From the NCBI GenBank assembly GCA_049643885.1, contig JBARQV010000015.1:75430-139429 (forward strand): a stretch of DNA of 64,000 bases, read 5' to 3'. This document shows positions 56,760-64,000 of this stretch, in pieces. Both the position numbers and the translations under genes were made by a program. The notes below the pieces were generated by a model. That model made no database searches. It was not told where the DNA came from and worked only from the letters and a program-made list of their open reading frames with translations. The stretch's first letter is position 1, and every line of letters begins with the position of its first letter. The stretch is from Candidatus Omnitrophota bacterium (GTDB lineage Bacteria; Omnitrophota; Gorgyraeia; Tantalellales; Tantalellaceae).

Positions 56760-58322
56760 ATGGCGAAGAAGATCCGCGAATCATGGGGGACACGCCTGGG
56801 AGTCGTAATGGCCGTGGCAGGATCGGCCGTCGGGCTCGGGAACTTTTTGCGTTTTCCGGTCCAGGCCGCTAAAAACGGCGGCGGCGCTTTCATGATCCCG
56901 TATTTTGTAGCCCTTTTATTGGTGGGGATACCGCTCATGTGGATCGAATGGTCCATAGGCCGGTACGGGGGAGGATTCGAGCATTCTACTGCCCCGGGAG
57001 TTTTCCACAGCCTCTGGAAAAAGAGCCGGTTCATCAAGTACTTCGGGGTCATAGGCATCTTCGGGCCCCTGGTCATCATGATCTATTACACCTATATCGA
57101 ATCCTGGACCCTGGCGTACAGTTTCTTCGCTTTTACCGGGAAATACGCAAGCCTGACCGACCAGTCGTCCATGGAAGCCTTCCTTGCCGGTTTTCAGGGC
57201 CTGGCGAAGAATGAGTATTTTTCAAGCATAGCCACCGCTTATTTTTTCTTCCTGATAACGTTTGTCCTGAACATGACCGTTCTGTATTACGGGATCCGGG
57301 GCGGTATCGAGAAGTTCTGCAAGTTCGCCATGCCCACGCTGTTCATCTTCGCGATCATACTGGCTGTGAGGGTTTTGACCCTCGGGACACCGGACCAGGC
57401 CAAACCGGCATGGAATGTTTTTAACGGTCTCGGGTATTTATGGAATCCGGATTTTTCGAGACTCAAAGAAGCTAAGGTGTGGTTAGCGGCGACCGGGCAG
57501 ATATTTTTCACTTTAAGCGTGGGGATCGGCGTCATACTCACGTACGCAAGTTATCTCAAAAAAGGTGATGACGTCGCCTTGTCAGGCCTGACCGCCGTGA
57601 GCATGAACGAGACCGCGGAGGTTGTCCTTGGAGGAAGCATCGTCATCCCGGCTGCTTTCATGTTTTTCGGCCCGATGGCGATAGGGACGATAGCGAATTC
57701 AGGCGCTTTTAATCTGGGCTTCGTGACAATGCCTTTGATCTTCGGCCATATGCCTTTTTCTGGAGTTTTCGGATTCTTATGGTTCGGCCTTTTATTTCTC
57801 GCGGGTGTTACGTCTTCTGTATCACTGGCGCAACCGGCGATAGCGTTCCTGGAGGATGAGTTCGATATATCCAGGGAAAAAGCCGTGATGCTTTTCGGGC
57901 TGGTTACCTTTGTTCTCTGCAATGCGGCGATATTTTTTCTCGGCAAGGGTGTTGTAGATGAGCTGGATTTCTGGGGAGGGACTTTTTGCCTGGTGCTTTT
58001 CGCCACAATAGAGGTTATACTGTTCGGATGGATATTCGGAATAGAAAAAGCCTGGGAAGAAGTTCACCACGGCGCCGATATGAGGATCCCGGGGATCTAT
58101 AAATATATCATTAAGTACGTCACTCCTTGTTTTCTTCTGGCTGTCCTTATCGCCTGGTTTTTCCAGGACTGGCTGCCTATAATCAGGATGGAAAACGTGC
58201 CGGCGGAGAACGCCAATTATATTTTAGCCACACGGATAGGGCTTATGTTGCTTTTTGCCGGCCTCGCGGCCATGGTAAAGATCGCATGGAAGAAGAGAAA
58301 GATAAAAGGGAAACCGGTATGA
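56760..58322 (+). CDS. sodium-dependent transporter, neurotransmitter:sodium symporter (NSS/SNF) family
   Basis: N-terminal GTRLGVVMAVAGSAVGLGNFLRFP NSS signature. 12 transmembrane segments. Confidence 0.85.
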   Translation: MAKKIRESWGTRLGVVMAVAGSAVGLGNFLRFPVQAAKNGGGAFMIPYFVALLLVGIPLMWIEWSIGRYGGGFEHSTAPGVFHSLWKKSRFIKYFGVIGIFGPLVIMIYYTYIESWTLAYSFFAFTGKYASLTDQSSMEAFLAGFQGLAKNEYFSSIATAYFFFLITFVLNMTVLYYGIRGGIEKFCKFAMPTLFIFAIILAVRVLTLGTPDQAKPAWNVFNGLGYLWNPDFSRLKEAKVWLAATGQIFFTLSVGIGVILTYASYLKKGDDVALSGLTAVSMNETAEVVLGGSIVIPAAFMFFGPMAIGTIANSGAFNLGFVTMPLIFGHMPFSGVFGFLWFGLLFLAGVTSSVSLAQPAIAFLEDEFDISREKAVMLFGLVTFVLCNAAIFFLGKGVVDELDFWGGTFCLVLFATIEVILFGWIFGIEKAWEEVHHGADMRIPGIYKYIIKYVTPCFLLAVLIAWFFQDWLPIIRMENVPAENANYILATRIGLMLLFAGLAAMVKIAWKKRKIKGKPV

Positions 58323-58423
58323 ACGCGATGGGTTGGGCATTTCTTTTTATATCATGGTTGTGCATAGCAGGCCTGGTGTGCTTTTGTTTCATAAGCATAT
58401 TCCGGAGGAGGAAAATAGATTAG
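58319..58423 (+). CDS. small (34 aa) single-TM protein translationally coupled to the NSS gene (ATGA overlap)
   Basis: MNAMGWAFLFISWLCIAGLVCFCFISIFRRRKID. Small membrane subunits commonly follow sodium:solute symporters. Confidence 0.4.
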   Translation: MNAMGWAFLFISWLCIAGLVCFCFISIFRRRKID

Positions 58424-58514
58424 ATATTAATATTATATATAATATTTGCATTTCGCGATGAATTCATATATTATTACTATATATAATTAAAAATCCCTGA
58501 AAAAGGAGGAACAT

Positions 58515-58748
58515 ATGGAAAAAGACGTCGCAGTGTTTGAAAAGAATAAATACCAGGACGTGAAGATTCGAATATCGGAATATCAGGGAAACGATGTTAT
58601 CGATATCAGGATCTGGACCCAGCCGCCGCAGGGAGGCGAAAAAGTTCCTACAGGCAAGGGAGTAAACATCAATATCAAGCTTTTCCCGAAGCTGAAGGAA
58701 GCGGTTGAAAAGTTGGAGAAGGATCTTAAAGAAAGCAATATGCTTTAA
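58515..58748 (+). CDS. PC4/p15-like ssDNA-binding small protein
   Basis: FEKNKYQDVKIRISEYQGNDVIDIRIW...KGVNINI matches the bacterial PC4-domain pattern. AAAAGGAGG Shine-Dalgarno. Confidence 0.6.
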   Translation: MEKDVAVFEKNKYQDVKIRISEYQGNDVIDIRIWTQPPQGGEKVPTGKGVNINIKLFPKLKEAVEKLEKDLKESNML

Positions 58749-58789
58749 TGAAGCATAGATGTAAAACCGTTCTGTTGGCAAGGATTTAA

Positions 58790-59224
58790 ATGCATAGACA
58801 GGAAAGGAGACGTTATGTAAGGCATCTTCTCGTTCAGCCTTTGGAATTCCAGGTTTCAGTAGGAGAACCGGAGAAAACCGAGACCATAGACTTAAGCGAG
58901 GGAGGGCTTTTATTCACCTCAAAGAAAAACGTAGCTCCGGGAACAGTAATAAAGATACAGATGCCATTGTATGAAAAAGTCTTCAATATCAAAGCCAAGG
59001 TAGTCCATTCAAGAAAAGACATTTCATCCGAACTCTTCAATATAGGCGTTACATTTCTGGAATATTCCGACGCTTTCAAAGTCAAACTGATAGAGCAGAT
59101 ATACCTGATAGAAGAATACCGGGTCCTTCGTTCCCTGCAGATGGGCAAGGAAATGTCCCTTCGCGAAGCCTCAAAGGAATGGATAAAAAGATATTCCGAA
59201 AGATTCGAGAGGCTTTACTGGTAG
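58790..59224 (+). CDS. PilZ-domain protein (putative c-di-GMP receptor)
   Basis: RRRYVRH ... DLSEGGLLF (RxxxR and DxSxxG PilZ motifs). Confidence 0.7.
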   Translation: MHRQERRRYVRHLLVQPLEFQVSVGEPEKTETIDLSEGGLLFTSKKNVAPGTVIKIQMPLYEKVFNIKAKVVHSRKDISSELFNIGVTFLEYSDAFKVKLIEQIYLIEEYRVLRSLQMGKEMSLREASKEWIKRYSERFERLYW

Positions 59225-59373
59225 CATAAGCGCTACGATCACTTCTCTATAATCCCTGATTTTCAAAAAAAGTCAAAAAAATCTTTTCCACAACATCAAG
59301 TATTTAGTAATTTTTAGTAAGCAATATGTTGTAGACTTTCTAAAAATATTTAAAATGTCGGCGAAAACCGTAT

Positions 59374-59402
59374 TTGACAAACATATATGCATTGTGTATA
59401 CT
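59374..59402 (+). promoter_or_regulatory. sigma70 promoter TTGACA-N17-TATACT (mraZ/dcw promoter)
   Basis: Consensus hexamers with 17-nt spacer, 40 nt upstream of mraZ. Confidence 0.65.
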
Positions 59403-59414
59403 CGCTAGATGTGT

Positions 59415-59440
59415 AGTGGAAAAAAGTGGAGGAAAGTAGA
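59415..59440 (+). promoter_or_regulatory. three direct repeats AGTGGA-N4-AGTGGA-N4-AGTAGA at 10-nt phasing (candidate MraZ operator)
   Basis: MraZ is known to bind phased GTGG(G/A) direct repeats between its promoter and start codon. Confidence 0.45.
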
Positions 59441-59881
59441 GTGTTTTACGGAGAATACTCACATAGCATTGATAAGAAAGGGCGGATCATAATTCCGTCC
59501 AAATTCCGTGATATCATACAGGAAATGTGCATCGAAAAAATGTATATCACACGTGGGTTGGATGAGTGTCTGTTCATGTTTTCAGAGAGTGAATGGAAGG
59601 CCCAGGAAAGCAAATTTAAATCTTTGTCTTTCACTAAACGGGAAGCCAGAAAGTTTAACCGTTTTTTCTTTTCCGGGGCGGTAGAGGCTGTTCTCGATAA
59701 GCAGTGGAGGGTGCTCTTGCCCGATTATCTGAGGAATTACGCGAAGCTGTCCAGGCAGATAGTCATTGTCGGCGTGTCTAACAGGATAGAGATCTGGGAC
59801 AAAGGTAAATGGGAAGAGTTTTACAAATCGTCCAAACAGAATTACGAAGAGATCGCTGAACGTTTAATGGACCTCGAATAA
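59441..59881 (+). CDS. mraZ: division/cell-wall cluster transcriptional regulator MraZ
   Basis: GTG start giving MFYGEYSHSIDKKGR. Two DxxxR/KGR SpoVT-AbrB-like halves. GGAGGA Shine-Dalgarno 8 nt upstream. Confidence 0.8.
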   Translation: MFYGEYSHSIDKKGRIIIPSKFRDIIQEMCIEKMYITRGLDECLFMFSESEWKAQESKFKSLSFTKREARKFNRFFFSGAVEAVLDKQWRVLLPDYLRNYAKLSRQIVIVGVSNRIEIWDKGKWEEFYKSSKQNYEEIAERLMDLE

Positions 59882-59900
59882 TTACTTTAAGGGGGGAGTC

Positions 59901-60092
59901 ATGTACAGGCGATGTGCTATCAAATTTAACAGGAAAAAGGTCGAGTTCATCGATTGTGTTAATCTGGTAGAAAGGGTCAAAAGGGCAAGGGCCTTGCCGT
60001 CTGGCGTCGAGCATCTTGGCATAAGGCGTTTTCAGATCCATTCATCGGAATTCGGGAATAAGACCTATTATATGATGAGAGATTGTCTATGA
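59901..60092 (+). CDS. small hypothetical ORF inserted between mraZ and rsmH
   Basis: Strong GGGGGGAG Shine-Dalgarno 5 nt before the ATG. 63 aa, Cys/Arg-rich. No recognisable domain. Confidence 0.35.
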   Translation: MYRRCAIKFNRKKVEFIDCVNLVERVKRARALPSGVEHLGIRRFQIHSSEFGNKTYYMMRDCL

Positions 60093-60101
60093 GGAGTCGC
60101 A

Positions 60102-60986
60102 TTGCATTATCCGGTTCTTTTAAGGGAAGTGATCAAGAATCTTGACCCGAAGGCCGGAAATGTCATCGTTGACGCGACTTTAGGGGGCGGAGGACACGCG
60201 AAAGAGATCCTGGGCAAGATACTTCCGGGGGGAAAGCTTATAGCAATAGATAAAGACCCGGAAGCTATAGAAAGAGTCCGGACAAAGTTCCGGCGGTTCA
60301 AGGAAGCTCTAATATACTTTAATGAGGATTTCAGGAAGATCCAGGATATTCTTGAAATCCTTGATATCAAGGAGATCGACGGAGCAGTATTTGACCTGGG
60401 AATGTCTTCATTCCAGGTCGATGACGAGAACAGGGGATTCAGTTTTCTTAGGGACGGGCTATTGGACATGAGGTTCGACCGTAAGCAGAAGTTTTCGGCC
60501 CGTGACGTCGTTAACAGCTTCGGACGGGAAGAGCTTGCGGAAATAATAAAAAAGTACGGTGAAGAAAGACACGCGAAACTTATAGCCGGGGCTATTTATT
60601 CCGCCAGAAAGAAAAGAAGGATCGGGACTACAGGCGAATTGAGGGACATCGTAGTGGGGGCGGTCGGGAGAAAATACCGGAAGCAAAGGCTCCACCCGGC
60701 AGCGCGCACCTTCCAGGCCCTCAGGATATATGTCAATGACGAGCTTTCAGCGGTCGAAGAAGCGATAAGAAAGACGGTGCCGTGCTTACGCGCCGGGGCG
60801 AGGATATGCGTTATCTCGTTCCATTCCCTGGAAGACAGGATAGTAAAGAACGTGTTCAGGGAATATAAAAAAGCCGGCCAGGTCAGTATTTTGACGAAAA
60901 AACCGCTTACGCCCGGGAAAGAGGAGATCAAAGATAACCCGAGGTCGAGAAGCGCAAAACTTAGAGTAGCGGAGAAAACGGTATGA
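60102..60986 (+). CDS. rsmH: 16S rRNA (cytosine1402-N4)-methyltransferase RsmH (MraW)
   Basis: MHYPVLLREV...VDATLGGGGHAKEIL SAM-binding signature. TTG start. Confidence 0.85.
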   Translation: MHYPVLLREVIKNLDPKAGNVIVDATLGGGGHAKEILGKILPGGKLIAIDKDPEAIERVRTKFRRFKEALIYFNEDFRKIQDILEILDIKEIDGAVFDLGMSSFQVDDENRGFSFLRDGLLDMRFDRKQKFSARDVVNSFGREELAEIIKKYGEERHAKLIAGAIYSARKKRRIGTTGELRDIVVGAVGRKYRKQRLHPAARTFQALRIYVNDELSAVEEAIRKTVPCLRAGARICVISFHSLEDRIVKNVFREYKKAGQVSILTKKPLTPGKEEIKDNPRSRSAKLRVAEKTV

Positions 60987-61345
60987 GGACTTACAAATGT
61001 ATTTTTGCAGGGATATTGGCGACATTTATGGCCGTTGGTTACGTCCATCAGCAGGTCGAGATCGTCAAGACCGGGTACGACCTTCAAAAGAACCGGGAGA
61101 ACCTGTCATGCCTCGTTGACCAGAATTCAAAATTAATGTATAATCTTTTCAAGCTCGAATCTCCCAGAAACCTGCTTGCTTCCATGAACAGCGAGAAAAT
61201 AAGTTTTGCGGGGCATATAACAAGACCGGAAAACGATCGCAGGTACCGGATAAGCCGAACCGATGTCAACAAAGATAGAAAGGCGGAAAGCCTGATCGGA
61301 CGGTTTCTTGACCTTTTCGCGATGGAAGCCGAAGCAAGCGATTAA
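60983..61345 (+). CDS. ftsL: cell division protein FtsL-like
   Basis: Small bitopic protein with coiled-coil. Located between rsmH and ftsI. Confidence 0.6.
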   Translation: MRTYKCIFAGILATFMAVGYVHQQVEIVKTGYDLQKNRENLSCLVDQNSKLMYNLFKLESPRNLLASMNSEKISFAGHITRPENDRRYRISRTDVNKDRKAESLIGRFLDLFAMEAEASD

Positions 61346-61384
61346 GTCAGGGCACTGCTCTTCTTGTGCCAATAGCGAGGAAAC

Positions 61385-63055
61385 ATGTTCAGGGCCCGCC
61401 GATACCTTATACTTTTTCTGTTAGTAACCTTTTTTATATCTCTTCTTGCCAGGTTGTTTTATCTCCAGATCGCGGGATATCACAGATTCACTAATATGGC
61501 CGCGGAGCAGCATAACCGGGTCATAAGGATCGAACCCCGAAGGGGAGCGATATATGACCGTAACATGGAGCCGCTGGCCATAAGCCTTGACTCCCCGAGC
61601 ATTTATGCCGATCCCCATCTTATCCGGGATAAGGAAAGTGTTTCTGGTGTACTTTCCGGTGTCCTTGACGTGGACAGAGAAGCCCTCCTGGAAAGGCTTA
61701 ACAGGGACAAATCGTTCGCGTGGGTCAAGAGAAAGGTCGGCGAGGATACCGCACGCAGGGTGCAGGAGATGGGATTACAAGGGGTGTATTTTCTTAATGA
61801 GAGTAAAAGACATTATCCTAACGATAATATGGCCACACATGTCATCGGATTTGCCGGTATCGACAACACGGGGCTGGAAGGGATAGAACTCCAGTACGAT
61901 GAGAAGTTGAAAGGTGAACCCGGCTGGAAGTACCTGATAAAGGATGCTAAAAGAAGGACCGTCCTGTATAACGAGAGAGATTCCATTCCTCCCAGGAATG
62001 GTTATAACATCATTTTAGCGATTGACAGTGTCGTGCAATGCATAGCCGAAGAAGAACTTCAAAGGATGGTTTCAAGGTCCAACGCCGCAAGTGCTACGGC
62101 TATAGTGATGGACCCCTTTTCGGGGGAGGTCCTGGCCCTGGCGAATTATCCAGATTATAATCCAAACGCCGTTTCTGAGATCCCTCATGAAAACGTGAAA
62201 AATGCCGCCATTTCCAGTGTCTTTGAGCCGGGAAGCGTATTTAAGATAGTCACGGCCAGTGCGGCCCTGAATGAAGGAAAATTCGATCCCGGTGATATCT
62301 TATATTGCGAAGAAGGGAGCTACAATGTCGGGGGAAGGATATTGCACGATTTTCACCGTTTCGGGGAACTCTCCTTCAGGGAAGTCATTTCAAAGTCCAG
62401 CAATATCGGCACAGTGAAAGTGGCCAGGGAACTGGGGGATGACCTTCTCTATGAATATGTGCGAAGGGTCGGATTTGGAGAAAAGACCGGTATAGACCTG
62501 CCCGGTGAAGTACGCGGTATCAGCAGGCATCCCGGCGGGTGGTCAAGGAGTGACATGACGACCATACCGATAGGCCAGGGCATAGCCGTTACACCCATGC
62601 AGTTAACCTGCGCGATAAGCGTGATCGCCAACGGGGGCTTTTTGGTCAGGCCGCGTGTCGTTGACTGGATATCCACCTGGGAAGGAAAACCTTATCGCAG
62701 GCGGGAAACTGTAGTTAAGACCCGGGTATTGAACGAAAAAACATGTGACGTGATGAAAGATATTCTGCACGATGTGGTTACCAAGGGAACAGGCAGGCTT
62801 GCCAGATCGGATCTTTACGATATATGCGGGAAGACGGGAACAGCCCAGATGGTCGATCCGGGAGGCGGCTACTATCAAAATAAGTATAACGCAACTTTTA
62901 TCGGATTTGCGCCTAGAGAAAAGCCGCTGATAAGTGTTATTGTCGTAGCGCGCGATCCCCGTCCTAATCATTTCGGAGGCACTGTAGCCGCACCAGCGTT
63001 CAAAAATATAGTTGAAAGGACGATACAATACCTTGAATCCGGTAAAGATGAATAG
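61385..63055 (+). CDS. ftsI: peptidoglycan D,D-transpeptidase FtsI (class B PBP)
   Basis: Transmembrane anchor, PBP dimerisation domain, SVFK (SxxK), SSN (SxN), KTGTA (KTG). Confidence 0.85.
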   Translation: MFRARRYLILFLLVTFFISLLARLFYLQIAGYHRFTNMAAEQHNRVIRIEPRRGAIYDRNMEPLAISLDSPSIYADPHLIRDKESVSGVLSGVLDVDREALLERLNRDKSFAWVKRKVGEDTARRVQEMGLQGVYFLNESKRHYPNDNMATHVIGFAGIDNTGLEGIELQYDEKLKGEPGWKYLIKDAKRRTVLYNERDSIPPRNGYNIILAIDSVVQCIAEEELQRMVSRSNAASATAIVMDPFSGEVLALANYPDYNPNAVSEIPHENVKNAAISSVFEPGSVFKIVTASAALNEGKFDPGDILYCEEGSYNVGGRILHDFHRFGELSFREVISKSSNIGTVKVARELGDDLLYEYVRRVGFGEKTGIDLPGEVRGISRHPGGWSRSDMTTIPIGQGIAVTPMQLTCAISVIANGGFLVRPRVVDWISTWEGKPYRRRETVVKTRVLNEKTCDVMKDILHDVVTKGTGRLARSDLYDICGKTGTAQMVDPGGGYYQNKYNATFIGFAPREKPLISVIVVARDPRPNHFGGTVAAPAFKNIVERTIQYLESGKDE

Positions 63056-64000
63056 TGTTTTGAAAAAATTGGTCGAAGAAGGACTGATAAACAGGGACAA
63101 TCTCAAGTATGATTCCCGCCGGGTCCATAAAGGAGACGTATTTATAGCATTGAAAGGGACCTGCCACGATGGGCATGATTATGTCAAAAATGCCCTGGCA
63201 GGAGGTGCTGCGAGAGCGGTATGCGAAAACGAAGTGCCGGGCTTGTCCGAAGAGGAACGGAAAAAAATCGTGCAGGTAAAAGACACAAGAGAAGCCCTGG
63301 CATTTATAGCGCGGCTGATCTTTGGAGACCCATCCGGTAAACTGGAGACATACGGGGTCACAGGGACTAACGGAAAGACCACAACGGTATTTTTGATAGA
63401 CGGCATACTTAACGCCTCAGGACATGAGAGCGGGATGGTCAGCACCGTTTTCACCAAGACCGGCGATATGATCACACGCTCAAACATGACAACGCCGGAT
63501 GCGTTTACGTTGAACCGGCTTTTAGAAGAAATGGTCAGCAACGGGAAAAAATCCGCCGTCCTGGAAGTCTCAAGCCATGCCCTGGCTCAGAAAAGGGTTT
63601 TGGGAATAGGGCTGGACGCTGCTGTGTTTACCAATATCAGTCCTGAGCATCTGGACTACCACGGGAACATGGAAACTTATCTTAAGGAGAAATGTAAGAT
63701 ATTCGATCATCTAAAAGAAGGCGGGACGGGAGTTTTGAATATAGACGACCTTAGGCTCCGCAACGTTAGGGGAGGGCTGTGTGTCGATGGACTGGTGACT
63801 TTCGGAACATCGGAAGAAGCGGATGTGAAGGCCTCAAATATCAGACTATGCGCGGAGAGCTGTGGATTTGATCTGGTCATCGGAGGCAGAAAAGCCATAC
63901 ATGTCAGATCTCCCTTATTAGGCATGCATAACGTCTATAACATGCTGGCCGCGGCGGCAGCTCTTTCGAAGAGAGGCCTTGATATTGGCGACATAAAGAA
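63048..64000 (+). CDS. murE: UDP-N-acetylmuramoyl-L-alanyl-D-glutamate--2,6-diaminopimelate ligase MurE (3' end beyond window)
   Basis: ATG overlaps the ftsI stop. DSRRVHKGDVFIALKG and the P-loop GVTGTNGKTTT. Frame stays open to the end of the window. Confidence 0.8.
   Translation, partial: MNSVLKKLVEEGLINRDNLKYDSRRVHKGDVFIALKGTCHDGHDYVKNALAGGAARAVCENEVPGLSEEERKKIVQVKDTREALAFIARLIFGDPSGKLETYGVTGTNGKTTTVFLIDGILNASGHESGMVSTVFTKTGDMITRSNMTTPDAFTLNRLLEEMVSNGKKSAVLEVSSHALAQKRVLGIGLDAAVFTNISPEHLDYHGNMETYLKEKCKIFDHLKEGGTGVLNIDDLRLRNVRGGLCVDGLVTFGTSEEADVKASNIRLCAESCGFDLVIGGRKAIHVRSPLLGMHNVYNMLAAAAALSKRGLDIGDIK

Overview
This is a gene-dense 64-kb chromosomal window from what looks like an anaerobic bacterium (Lar nickel-pincer cofactor genes, a 1Fe superoxide reductase, ThyX, flavodoxin, nitroreductase). 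I call about 77 protein genes, 74 of them on the + strand, which may indicate a leading-strand replichore segment. The window opens inside ppdK (C-terminal PEP-utilising domain) and then carries a sigma-70 factor, tRNA-Arg(CCT), a GIY-YIG protein, a tandem-duplicated ThyX, a minimal secretin, and a stand-alone tubulin/CetZ-like GTPase that has its own canonical promoter and terminator and an N-terminal Lys/Ala-rich tail resembling a histone H1 tail. Further on come larE-larB-larC, acylphosphatase, an olsB-olsA aminolipid pair, a retropepsin-like protease, an APC permease, a superoxide reductase, an LplT-like MFS transporter with an Aas-like adenylase-ACP-acyltransferase tri-domain fusion, a response regulator plus PAS histidine kinase, a chagasin-like lipoprotein, a PHP phosphoesterase, an outer-membrane beta-barrel, LpxA, a HEAT-repeat protein, two M48 peptidases, an Endo III-like HhH-GPD protein, IMPase, NUDIX, a TtcA-like PP-loop ATPase, PIN-PhoH, GreA, and a metY-cysK-metX-metW operon running on into a UvrD helicase fused to a Cas4-like Fe-S nuclease, a YhaM-like HD exonuclease and a zincin. 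The last third holds a ParA ATPase fused to a CBM48 glycogen-binding module sitting next to a GH130 phosphorylase, an ArfB-Smr ribosome-rescue pair, an NSS transporter, a PC4-like protein, a PilZ protein, and the start of the dcw cluster (mraZ-rsmH-ftsL-ftsI-murE, which runs off the window end). Several families of palindromic repeats populate the intergenic regions: a MITE-like element with ATGTCATCCC/GGGATGACAT termini (2 loci), a ~140-nt element present as an inverted pair that brackets a 3.8-kb gene block, a GNRA-capped hairpin seen twice, a ~200-bp imperfect palindrome, and short GTCGGTCG hairpins. Canonical TTGACA-N17-TATACT promoters and intrinsic terminators are readily visible. All family assignments rest on motif reading from the translations only; no database search was run.
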